DNA of 64,000 nt from NCBI GenBank assembly GCA_013265495.1, contig MU058423.1, positions 7,450,721-7,514,720 on the forward strand, in the 5' to 3' direction. Positions within the stretch are counted from its first letter, which is position 1, and each line of letters starts with the position of its first letter. Under the pieces are notes generated by a model, which saw nothing but the letters and a program-made list of their open reading frames with translations, was not told the origin of the DNA and did no database searches. This stretch comes from Vicugna vicugna (taxonomy: Eukaryota). Positions 26,291 to 38,290 of the stretch are shown piece by piece. The position numbers were made by a program, and so were the translations under genes.

Positions 26291-28338
26291 CTGTCACCTT
26301 CCCTTCAACCCACCCTTTAACCAAGAATTAGGACGCTAATGAATTTACATGAAATTTTGAAATTAAGCATATGCATGAAAGAGAGAAAATGGATAAGATC
26401 AGCGAAATATTATTAAGGGAATTCAAAAAAGTAACAGATCAATAAAATACTAAGCAAGGTGGTAAGAATTAAGGTGGAGCAGTTCCAGAATAAAAACTAA
26501 AGTTTGGTTAGCAATATTGGACTGATGTTTTACATCCATGCTCTGCAACTTTTTATCTAGTGTACTTCCTACTGCCAAACTTATACTAATATTGAAACCT
26601 GAGTTTGTCTTAAAAGGCTGAAATAATTAATAGTTTTCCTGAAAAGGCTGAAATAATGAAATTTTAGTGGCATACAAATTCCACAGCTTGTTTTTCTGTA
26701 ATAGTCAAAAAGGTTCTAGTTCTTCCTCCAATTAACGACAGAGATATCCAGTTGTCCATTTGGACTCATGGGGTTCCTGTGCCGATAATTCTGCTCCCGA
26801 CCACACACACTCAAATACACACGAACATCATTAGCACTTTTGAGCTGAATTATACCTTTCTCGAGGAACTTCAACTTAATGCATTGAAATTTTCCAAGCC
26901 CACAGTTACCTTAGCTTCCTCTGAACTTTAGTTATATTTTTAATTTTTGTGTCATTTATAATATTCTGTGTAGTCTATATAAGGCTCTTGCTCCATTATT
27001 TTACTTAATTAACTTGACCGTATGAGGTATTTTACAAAGGTTACTTGTTGCTATGCCACTGTTGTTATTTGGATGCTGATCTTCTTCCAGATTCATGTAG
27101 CAAACTATCACTAAATTATGCAAAAGTAAAAAACTAAAAAAAAAAAATTAAAAAACCTAAAATCACAATTTTAAAAGTGTAATTAAAATAGATGATATAT
27201 GCTTATATATTGCTTTACATATTTTCCTATAGTATTAGTTATAAAAATGGCATGGATGAAAGTACATACACAAGACATGTTTTCATATACACATTTGATT
27301 GTATTGCTATAGTTTTTCTTTTTAAGGCAAACTTGTTTTTTTGCCCATATCTTTATATACAGGCACTGAATTGGTACATCATCTCATAAATCTCATTGGA
27401 GATAATAATTTAAGATACAAATACAAATATGAGTTTTAAATTACTATAGGAAATTTTTAAGTGATTTTGACATTTATTCCAAAAGCAATGGACTTCTCTT
27501 CAATATGCCAAATAATCTTTATCATCTCTTCTAACTTTTCTGCTTTATAATCATTTCTCATAATAACTTAGCTCTCCACAAGTAACAGGACGTTATAAAG
27601 ACTGTCTAAATACATGTAAATGTGGAAGATTTTCATATTTCTATTCATTGTGAGATTGTAATTGTGCATTTTTCTAGGGATTCCATTGTCTGCCTGAAAC
27701 CAGAAGTCCGTCAAAATAGCTTTGAAACTGCTATTCAATATTCATTCACTGGAAGTAGTATAATGAGAACACCACATGATGAAATGTGCAGAAGGAACCA
27801 AATGTTCTATAATGCAGGAAGAAAAATGAGTCTTAAAAGACATGCACTAAGTAAATAGGATTATAAATTTACAAAGATTTCTTTTAGCATTTTGTATTGC
27901 AGTGTCTCATACCGCTATTTCAACTAGAAACAATTTACAAAGTGCTGATTTTTATGGAATGTGAAAAAAGCAGGTGTTCTCTATGAATACTGGTCTTTAC
28001 TGCTTTTATGTTAATTATAGAAAAAAAGCCCAGCTGCATTTACACTCATTTTTTATATTATATTTATTAGAAAATAATTTTTAACATTTGCATAATATAG
28101 ATTACTAGCACTTACATGATATGAGGACCTTTTATTGCTCTGGCATTTGGAATTTGTCCTTAGAAATAAAAAAGCTTTTTTTTTTTTTAAAGTATGTAGG
28201 CATCTATTGCCAATGCAACATGGAAATTAGGTATTTTTTTTAAGAGAATACCACCCTAAACTCAATTACATTTTAGAAAAGAATATTGAGTTGTATCAAT
28301 TGGCTTAATGAATTAATTCTTTCATTTATACTTCTTTT

Positions 28339-28455
28339 AATTGGCAGGGGGAGTTAATTAGATTTTATTTTATTTTTAGAGGAGGTACTGGGGATTGAAC
28401 CCAGGACCTCACGCATGCTAAGCATGCACTCTACCACTTGAGCTATACCCTCCCC
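28339..28455 (-). mobile_element. tRNA-derived SINE, camelid Vic-1 type
   Basis: Minus strand GGGGAGGGTATAGCTCAAGTGGTAGAGTGCATGCTTAGCATGCGTGAGGTCCTGGGTTCAATCCCCAGTACCTCC with A and B boxes, then an A-rich tail. TSD atttatacttctttt (28324-28338) / atttatatttctttt (28460-28474). Confidence 0.88.
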
Positions 28456-28913
28456 ACTAATTTATATTTCTTTTGATATACTAGTGAGTCAAAACATTTG
28501 GCTTCAAGAGTGAAATGTCTGGCCACTTGTGAGCAGCCTCTTTTACTCTGATGAAAGCCTTTCAGCTTGCTATTGTGCAACATAATTCAGTCGGTCGCTC
28601 TAATTGGAATTCAAATTTTCAATACTTTGTAATAAAAACAGATAGGACAATTTACAACTACAAGTTTATTTAACAGTGATTTAAACTTCTGATGTATTTT
28701 ACAAAGCAATAAACACAAACAAAGCATTTGGCTACCACTAAAGGCAGATTCCTAAGTCATTCAGGTATGATGTTTTCAGAGCACAGCTTCTGCTTTGGTA
28801 ATTATTAATTTAATGATGGGAATGTAAGAAGACCCCAAAGTTCCTGATATTCATAAATATTAGAAGCTCTCATAGTATATTGAAGCATCTTTTTCAATGC
28901 TTTTAAACTTCCT

Positions 28914-28949
28914 TTCCTATTTTAGTATATATGCTGCCGAAGCGAGCAC
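28914..28949 (-). pseudogene. 3'-truncated (tailless) U6 snRNA retropseudogene, U6 nt 1-36
   Basis: Minus strand GTGCTCGCTTCGGCAGCATATATACTAAAATAGGAA versus U6 GTGCTCGCTTCGGCAGCACATATACTAAAATTGGAA (34/36); 17-nt TSD matching at 15/17. Confidence 0.92.
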
Positions 28950-31200
28950 AAAATTCCTTTCTTATTAAAACCTCGATCGTTGCTAAGTTTTCATGCCCAC
29001 AGGTAGATAAAATATATAACTTTTAAAAAAGTATTACAGGCACAAAACAGGTCTTTTGTAATATGCAATGTAATATATTTGTCTGTGATACAGGTAAAGA
29101 TGATAGTCTGGCCACATATTGTTTGTCATTTCACTTCTGGAGACATTTGGTTTACAGAATATATGATAATAATAGAGATGCATAGCAGCATTATAAATCT
29201 TAGGGAAAATTTTGAAATATAAGAATATAATTTACTCTGGTTAATAATAACTAATAATCTTAACTGTCAATTTAAAACCCTGATGACCATAATTTATCAT
29301 TCCATTATATTTCATACTTATAAGTTAAATGAAGACATTAATCTTTATGTCCAATCAGAGAAGAATGGGGTAAAATAAAGACAGTCTTAGCTTAAAAATA
29401 GATCCATATTCAATCTCTTTCTCTGAAAATCTCTTACAGTGTTTAACATAAGCAAGTAATTAATTTCTATGAACCTCAGATTCATTACTTCTAAGATGAG
29501 GATAATAACAACTAACAAGTGATTGTTATGAAGTTTAAAGGACATATTTAGAAATTGTTTTGTTCATAGGCTAGGAATAAATGAAAATCATTGAAAGATT
29601 TTAGTTTTACTTGCTATGAATGATACATTGATTCAACTATCACTTTCAAATACCAATATTTCAAAGTGTTCTGGAAATTCTAAATATAATATAGCTTTGT
29701 TTAGTGATTATTTACCAGGTATCCAGTGCTGTGTTAAAATAATTCTTACAGCAAACAGATCAAGTAGCTCTCGTTAATTGCATATAATAAACAAATTTAG
29801 CAAAGATTAGAGGGTTTAATTCAGTTGCTGAAATTCCCAGGGCAATAGAGTGGTAGAGCCAAGACTTAAGCTAAAAATAAAATTAAGGTTTTAAGAACCA
29901 CACTACACAGGATCCCAACAATTTTCTCTTATGTTTGGGCAGAAAACAGGGTATCTTTATCTACAACATTTAGTTGGGAAAAAAAAAGTCTTGTAAACAA
30001 AATTATTTACCTCTCGTTAACATGAAAAATAAGAAGAAAATTTAAAAATCCAGTTAGAAATCATAAAATATAGATGTCCAATAATTCCAGAACCATATGC
30101 TAAAATGGATAATCCCTTAAAAACTGAAATGCTTTAGACACTTCTGTCAAATATCAACCAAATACCAATTGTGGACCTGATTGCAGACTATTCTGTCTCA
30201 TTAATCTCTATGCCTACCCTTACAGCAATACCACACTATGTTGATTACTTAAGCTTTATATTAAAGCTTGAAATCAGATATTGTGAGTCCTCCAAATGTG
30301 TTCTTTCTGACAATTGTTTTGGCTATTCTAGGCCCCTTATTCTTTATATACATTTTTAGGATCAGCTTATCAATTTCTACCAAAAAAAATCCTGCTAGGA
30401 TTTTGATTGATATTGTACAATACCCCCAGATAAATTTGGGGAGAATTGATATCTTGACAACTTTGAAACTTCTGATCTATGAACACAGTGCATTTTTTTT
30501 CAATTTTTTAGATTTCGTTTGATTTCAGTCATTCATTTTTGTAGCATTTGGCAAATAAATATTACACATATTTTATTATATTTCTGCCTAAATATTTCAA
30601 GTTTTTCGTTAATATTACACACCAGATGTTTATTTCAATTTTCACTTTTTCATTGCTGGGATATTAGCAGTCTATTGATTTGGGGTATCATACTGTGATC
30701 AGTTGAACGACTTACTAGTTCTAGTAGCATTTTTCTATATTCTTTGGCATTTTCTAAGGAGACAGTCCTGTTTGCTTATTAATGAATAGTCATGTCTTCC
30801 TTTCCCACATGTAAGCGTTTCATTTCTTTATTGTATTGCACTGGGTAAGCTTTTTAGTATACTGGTGAATAGAAATAGTGAAAGTAGGTTTCATTGACTT
30901 GTTCCCAAAATTACAGGGGAAGAGTTAAGTTTTTACTGATAAATATAATATGAACTGTAGTTTTTTCTGTACACACTCTTTATTCAGAATGAGAATATTC
31001 TTTTCAAATCCTACTGTGCTGAGAGTTTTCGGGAAGACTCAGTGTTGTTTTTAAAACATATTTATGCATTTATGGCATTGAGACGACTGCTTCGTTTTGT
31101 TATATTTATTTGGTTCAACCTGTTATTATGGTGACGTACTGATTGATTTTTTCCAAATGTTAACCAAACTTTTTATTTCGAGGATAAATCCTACTTGGTC

Positions 31201-32655
31201 AGTGATACTGTGATATAATACGACATACATATTTTGGTCTCTGTCCATGGTTCCTGGGACATAGCTCCTAAAACCCTTGCAATTTCCTGAGTGATACGAG
31301 GTGCAGAGACAACTTTTACTCTGTCCTTCAGTGTTTGTTCCTGGCTCCTGAAAGAGTTCCAGAGCAATAAAATTGAAACAGGTATCTTTTTTAATTCATA
31401 AGAAGCCCCTTTCAATCACACTTAATTTTGTGTAATGAAGTGATTTTTTGGAAAGCCCCGAGATATGAACAGGATGGGAGCTGTTTGCCTGGGGAGTCAG
31501 TCATTAGAGGGTTGGAATGTTGAACTCCATCCCCTGATTTCTGGGGAGGAGAGGGGCTGGAGATTGAATTAATCCCTAGTGGCCAGTGACGTAATCAATC
31601 CTGCCTATACACGTAGCATCCATAAAAATCCCTAAACTACAGGGTTTGGGAAACTTCTGGGTTGTGAACACATGTTGGTGCTAGGACAGTGGTGCGCCTG
31701 AAAAAGGCATGTGCCCTTCCATATGTTTTTGACTTATGCCTCTTTTCCATCTGGCTGCTCCTGTATTGTGTCCTTTTATAATTAAGTGGTAATCTGTCTA
31801 CTGTTTTCTTGAGTTCTGTGAGCCACTCTGGCAAATTTTAAACCTGAGGAGGGGGTCATGGGAATCTCCAATTCATATCAAGATGGTCAGAAGCACAGGT
31901 GACAACTTGGACTTGTGACTGGTAGCTGAAGTGAAAGGGGGCAGTCCTGTGGGCCTAAACCTTAACCTGCATTGGGGCTCAAGGCAGGCTACACCAAAAT
32001 ATGCCATAATGGCATATTGATTATTTTGAATTAACATTACTTAAGATGTAGAAAGAACACTCTGCCCCTCCTCTCTGTTTCCTGAAGCCAGGAAATAAAA
32101 CCTCAAATGTGAAAGGTGCACTCCATGCATCTGGAGGTATAAAGACACCCTTTATCACCAAAGATAGGGAACTCAGGGAGGCCTGTATAAACAAACCTTG
32201 TTACTGCTTTAATTTACCACTCCAAGCCAAAACTGTTTAGATTCTCCACCAAATCGAACACCCCAAACCTAAATTTCTTTGTCCTGTCAATTTCTTACAA
32301 GCTTATTATTTCTTCGTCTTCCTGCTTTGGCCACTTCCTGGGTCCCATTTCTAAAAGACCTTTGTGCATGTGAATTAAAATTTGTTTATTTTTCTCCTGT
32401 TAATATGTTATTATTGGTCCAGCCACAAGAACCCAAGAGGGCCACAGGGGGAAATTTTCCCCTGCCCTCCTGACAGCTGTGACATACGATGCTATTACCA
32501 GGTAGATGGTGTCAATATAGTTAAATTGTAGGACACCCAGTTGGTGTCAGAGAATTGCTTGGTGTATCAGAAAATCTATACATCTTGTCAGAAGTGCAGT
32601 GGTGAGAGCAGTGGTAGTGTAGAGGAAGACAAGAGCTTTTATTTTCTTTCACTCA
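31201..32655 (+). mobile_element. MER21-type ERVL LTR
   Basis: gtgatactgtgatataata...ttggtctctgtccatggttcctgggacatagctcctaaaacccttgcaatttcctgagtgata...taggacacccagttggtgtcagagaattgcttggtgt. Confidence 0.8.
31970..32475 (+). mobile_element. ERV1-class LTR (MER34/MER39-like) nested in the MER21 LTR
   Basis: ggggctcaaggcaggctacaccaaaatatgccataatggcatattgattattttgaattaa...ttaaaatttgtttatttttctcctgttaat...ctcctgaca. The MER21 sequence ccttaacctg resumes after it. Confidence 0.7.
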
Positions 32656-35600
32656 TAGTGTGTTTTTCATTTTTTGATAAATTCAGTTTACCGCAGCTCT
32701 GCTAAAGGTTTTTGCATTTATATTCCTGAGAGGCACGGATATTAGTCTTCTTTTCGCAATGACATTATCTAATCTGGATTTGGGGGGTTATGCCAGCCTC
32801 ATAAAATGAGCTGGGACGTATTCCTTTTACTTTTCTTTTCTGAAAGAATGGCTGTAGGATTAGTACTATTTCTTTCTTAAATGTCGGGCAGAATTTTACT
32901 GTGATGTGTCTGTTTTTGGATTTTCCCAGGTGGAAAATTTTTAACTATGAATTTAATATCTTGAGTAGATACTAGGCTGTTCCAGTCATTTCCGTCTTCA
33001 TAAGTGAGCTCCAGTACTCAATATTTATAGGATCTGTTGTTATTGCTCCTCATCTATTTCTCACATTGCTTATTCATGTCATTGTTTTTCTCTTGATAAA
33101 TCTTGTTATGAGTTCATCAATTTTTTTTATTATCATTCCAAGACCCAGAATTACGTTTCATTCATTTTCTCTTTTGCTCTTTGTTTTTCTGTTCTCAATT
33201 TTATTGCTTTCGAATCTTATTTATTATTTCCTTCCCTGTACCTGCCTAGGAAATATCCTCCTATACCACTAGTGATATTTGTTGCTCTAAAATCCATTTT
33301 GTATGATGTTGAAGTAGCCACATTAGTTTTTTTGATTAATGTTATAAGATGTGACTTTCTTGATCCTTTTATGCTCAAATGGTCTGTGACTTTACAATAA
33401 ACAATTATAATTAATTTACCACCAGGTATCATACACTTTTTCTCCCTCGTGTTCTATTTTTATGTCACTATCTGTATTACAGTCCTTCCCACTGATTTTT
33501 AGCCTCTTTTTTTGGTCACAATTTTTGTTAGATATATGGACATTTTTTTGTTTGGCAACCAGTCTGTATTGTGTCAAACTGTCTGTATCTCTATTGCCTT
33601 ATAGTAATTTTTGGTATCAGAAGAAAATAATTGACATTTTTATAATACTGAGTCTTCTCACCCAGAAGACAATGTAGTTTCACAAACATTTATGGATCTG
33701 ACCTTTATTTTATATTATTGAATATTTTTATTTTTTTCTATAAAGTCTAATTTTAAGTTTGTTTTTAGTTAGTTCATAATTTTTGTGCCATTATAAATTC
33801 TATCCTTTTCATTTATATAGTTTATTTATTTGCTACTCTTTTAAAATTTGTTATTGGCTGTAGTATATTACTTTTGTATTTTGAAAACTCATTAAAATTT
33901 CTTATAATTTCACAGAACTTATCCATAATGTTTCTTGGTTTTTTCTATATAAAGATGGTGATGGTTTATTTAATTCAGTTTCATTTACTACGCATTTCAG
34001 TTTCTTCTTTTCTTAAGCACTGTCTACAACTTATATTATAATGTTAAGTAGAGATGCAGTTAGTGGACATCTTTTTTGTTCTGGCATTAAAGTGTATTCA
34101 TTGATTAATAGTTCACGGTCTTTTTGGTAGATATATTTTACCCAGTTAAGAACGCTTCCATTGTTATCCTAGTTAAAATGATTTTTTTGCCTATTTTGAA
34201 GGGTTGTTGTGTTTTATTTAATTCTCTTTTTGTATCTATCAATATAATGTGGGTTTATTTTTTCTAATTTATCTGTGCCAGTAAGTAGATTTTCCAATGT
34301 GAAGCCATACTTGAGTACTGAGATAAATTCTGTCATGACATAAACCTTTTTGTTAATTTTATTTGATTATTATTGTTATTATTATTTAGACATCCAGCAT
34401 CGAAGTTAATGGTGAGATTAGCCTTTAATTTTTCTTTTCTTCACAATCTCAATAACATAATTTTGCTGTTATAGTCTAACATTAATCTATATCTTTTTAT
34501 ACTCTTGGTTTACAGTAGGAAGACCACATTTTATTTATCCCTGATGATAAAATCTCATTTTCTTTCTTTTTGTTTTCAAGAGTTCTAATTGTCCCCAAAT
34601 TAATCACAATCACTATTTTAGTCTTATACAAGCAGTTCTGATTTGAACTTCTTACATGTTTATCAGTTTATTTGCCCAATCTTTAGTTCTGGGAAGTAAG
34701 CTACTATGATTGACAAATTTTATGAAGACACATGATTTTGGATGAGAAGTGAAAGCAGCTGCCCCCCCGAATAGGGCATATGTTCTAGAAGAATGAATAA
34801 GGAGGACTGAGTGAGCCAAATCATTGTTATTCCTTCTAAATGCACAAGTTAGCTTCATTAACAATTGGACAGCACAACCTCGAAAATGGGCTGTGATAAA
34901 TTTTCCATCAATCTGTGTTCATGTTAACTTCATCTCTACTCAGTGTTTTCCTCTGTGTGACTACATGCCATTTCTTTCAGAATATAAGTTGTCCTGAAAT
35001 TATCTCTCCTTTTACCTACTATAAATTAATAATCCCCCCAAAACAACATCAATAAAAAAGAAAAAAAAAGTAAAGACTGATTCATAGCATTTGCCAAAGG
35101 CAGAGAGAAACTTAAAGTCATAAAATAGTGAGATAAAGGAAATTTTGCTTGTTTAATGAATATTTTTCTGTTAGTTTATCTGTCACTTCTCTGTCAAGCT
35201 AAACCATTGGGTAGTCCTACCTACATAAAAATATGCATAGCATCCTGGGTATCATCTTCTAGAGAATTATTTTTTCTTAAATGATTATAAGAAATTAATA
35301 TAGAGATGCTGAACAGTAAACACAAAAGCAGATGTTTAAAAGCCTTGCAACTCACTCCAAATCCTAATCTGACTTCTCACCGTAAGGAGAGCAAAAGAAA
35401 CAGAAGGGCAAGAGCATTCAGTCATTTCGCTGGTTTTTAACTTTTTCAAATTTTACTTCAGAACATGTTTCATTTCCAAATGACTGTTGAATTTGAAAAA
35501 AAAGAATTTTTCTTTTTCAATTTTTATTTCAAGAATTATTAAAATATATTAAGTGATGCAAATTTACATAGTATAGCTTAAATAACCATTTACTCATAAT

Positions 35601-35802
35601 GTAAAATCACTACTCTAGGACACTAGCTCAGTCTTGTTCATAATTCCTGTGTCTAAAGATGATCTCTCTTCCCCTCTACCTAATGTACAATGGTAAACTG
35701 TATGTCTGGCATTAGCCTCCTAATCTCCATGGTGTTTGGCTCAAAATTATTGTTTAAGCTTGTTTTTTAGATCCCTCTCTCAGATGCTAATTTCTGTTAA
35801 TC

Positions 35803-36485
35803 TTGTTGTATATTAAAGAATTGTTCTGATCCTTTTTCTGAGTTCCTAACAGATAACCTTTAACCCTTTGGAATTTTCTGGGTGATAGGAGAATGCTGTT
35901 TAGGTTGGGCTCTTTCACCACATCTGGGTTTATGCTAAAGAGACTGCTCAGGGATAGAGTCTGATCATACAAGAAAGACCAACCATTTGTGAGCCAGATG
36001 ATATCAACCCAAACTCCTCCAGAGAGAGGAGGGCTGGAGACTGAGTTTAGTCACATGGCCAATGATTCAACCAGTCATAACAACAAAATAAAATAAAACT
36101 CTAACAAAATCTCTGGACACTGAAGTTTGGGTGAACTACCTGGTTAGTGATACAGCAATGTGCTGGGAACGTGATTCATCCTGATTCCACAAGGAGAGGG
36201 TTTGGAGCACTCAGTTTCCAGACCCTCCCAGCCCTTGCCTGCGTGTCTCTTCATTTGGGTGATTCTGATCTGTATCTTAAAATATACCTGTAATCATGAC
36301 TGCAGCATGAATTATTCTAGCAAATTATCAAATTTGGAGGGGTTGTGGAAACTCTTGAATTTGTAGCTGGTTTGTCAGAAATGTGAGTAGCTTGGGGACC
36401 CTCAAACTTGTGACTGGCATCTGAAGTGGGTTGTGGAGTCAGCACTAAATCCAAGTGGTTAGTATCAAACTTGTATTGCAGGACT
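35803..36485 (+). mobile_element. MER21/MER77-related ERVL LTR
   Basis: aaccctttggaattttctgggtgataggag...ggggctggagactgagtt...ttgtgactggcatctgaagtggg; clearly related to 31201-32655. Confidence 0.7.
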
Positions 36486-36793
36486 GTAGTCTGTTAGGCA
36501 TTTTACAATTATTACATTTTTCTAAAAAGGTACCTTACTTATTCTACATTCCACATATATGTGTAAGTTTTGTTTTTCACCCACAAATTGTTACTTATGA
36601 TAATTACATGGAAAAAAGTATTTAAGGCATATGAAATGTTTGGCTTTGAATACACATTCAATGAATGAGGGGCATTTTTATTTTTGTAAGTGATTAGCAA
36701 AAAATTAGGGCTTTTGAGATATCAATCCCACTGCCTTTGGAAACATGGAAGATTGACAGTATTGACAACAGCATGGCAGATTATTTCACTCAC

Positions 36794-36817
36794 CTATTTG
36801 CAAAAGGTTGAGCTGAT
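36794..36817 (-). other. Candidate 24-nt microexon
   Basis: gctctaaattcag|ATCAGCTCAACCTTTTGCAAATAG|gtgagt; strong donor, weak acceptor. Confidence 0.2.
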
Positions 36818-37039
36818 CTGAATTTAGAGCTCTGAATTCATTGGAATTTTATACGCTAATTACTTGCATGCATTATAAATTTAAATAAGATATTATGTAA
36901 GTGAATAAAACAGGGCATGTCTTGGTTTGGTAGAGCTGATGAAATTGAAATATATGTTAGTTTCAATAGAACTTTGAGTGCAGGAAAAGAATGAAGAAAA
37001 CAGAAAATCACCACCATTAACACATATAGCAATGATTGC

Positions 37040-37610
37040 CATGAGACAGATCTGATGGTTGCTAAAATTAGTGTGCAGAAATTTAAGCAGAAGCAGAATG
37101 CTTGCATGTTCTCAAAGATCTCTCCCATGAAACATATCCCTAGATGTAAAGTGAGACTGGAGATTAGATCCTGGAATAGAGGCTGGTAGAAACATTGGTG
37201 AAGTTTCAGTAAATTCTGTTATTTACTTAATATATTATACCAAAGTTAAACTCCTGGTTTTCATCATTGTTTTATGATTACTTAAGATAGTAACATGAGG
37301 GGAAGACAGTCAAGAGGTATGCAAGAACTTTACATTACGTTTATACAGAACATTGCATAATCATAAAATTATCTCAACTATAAACAGTTTTTTAAAAGTG
37401 TAACTTATTACTGGTTGCCACGGTCTTTGCTGGAGGAAGAGGATTAGCTCCAAAGGGAACAAAGGAATTTTTTGGGGTGATGAGACTGTTTATACCAATT
37501 GGGATATAATTACAAGACTATATATATATATATATTTTAAAGTCCATCACACTATACAATTATTTAGGTTGAATTTTTGTATGTAAGTTATAAAAATAAA
37601 AAACATATTA
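37040..37610 (+). mobile_element. Old L1 3'UTR fragments
   Basis: cattggtgaagtttcagtaaattctg...ccaaagttaaactcctggttt...ttttggggtgatgagactgtt. Confidence 0.55.
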
Positions 37611-38260
37611 GTTTGCTAGTATATTATGTATTAAAATACAATATTAGAAGATTTTTTAATGCTACTACAATAAATTTGCAGTTTGTAATAATTTATTGTT
37701 TCTGGATTGTTCAACTTGTTGAAATGCTAATTTCATCTATTAAATATAACAATTCTTTTATAAATCTAGTATAAATACACACTAAGCTAATATATTACAG
37801 GTTAATTAAATATGGATTCAGAAAAAATATCAACAAAGGCCCTATTTTTTCATATTCTGTGCCAGGAGATAGTCTAAGACTCACAAATTAATTTTATTTA
37901 GTTCTAATATAGTAATAATAAAAATAGTTTTCATTTATGGCATTCTCACTAGGGACTGTACCTAATCAGTTGATATGGAATATTTTCTTTAAATGTCAGA
38001 ACAGTTATCAGAAATAGATATTATCATTGTTTCTAATTTAGAGATTAGCAAACTAATCTTTTACAGATTTTACAGATTTACAGATAGTTTACAGAAATTG
38101 AGTAAATTCACTCAACTGGTTTGTGCTGGAGCCTTGATACAAACCAGCGTCTAACATTTTACTCCTAAGGAGTAGTATAATGGTCAAACTACGGGTTTTA
38201 TTTTGTACTGTAGTTTAAAATATGTGATCATCTTTGGTTGTTTTTATCAAATTTACTTAC

Positions 38261-38290
38261 ACGATAGTCCTATCCCCACACAGCACAATA
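38261..38290 (-). other. Candidate 30-nt microexon
   Basis: attcttttgcaaaatcctttgaag|TATTGTGCTGTGTGGGGATAGGACTATCGT|gtaagt; open in phase 1 and phase 2. Confidence 0.2.

Larger units (their letters stand above)
30070..34440 (-). mobile_element. Old L1 ORF2 (antisense) remnants, interrupted by LTRs at 31201-32655
   Basis: aataccacactatgttgattac; ttttaggatcagcttatcaatttctac; ataaatttggggagaattgatatcttgacaa; ttatgccagcctcataaaatgagctggg. Confidence 0.75.

Noticed and set aside
26612..26657. 16-nt direct repeat aaaaggctgaaataat with 30-nt period
   Set aside because: A small local duplication with no sign of function.
28381..28455. tRNA-like sequence
   Set aside because: It has an A-rich tail and TSD, so it is a SINE rather than a tRNA gene.
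28914..28949. Functional U6 snRNA gene
   Set aside because: Only the first 36 nt are present, the ACAGAGA box and 3' end are missing, and it is flanked by a TSD.
35355..35410. Minus-strand pyrimidine tract followed by a gtgagt donor
   Set aside because: The tract ends in ttacgg rather than YAG; the first AG is a poor GAG giving a 20-nt segment.
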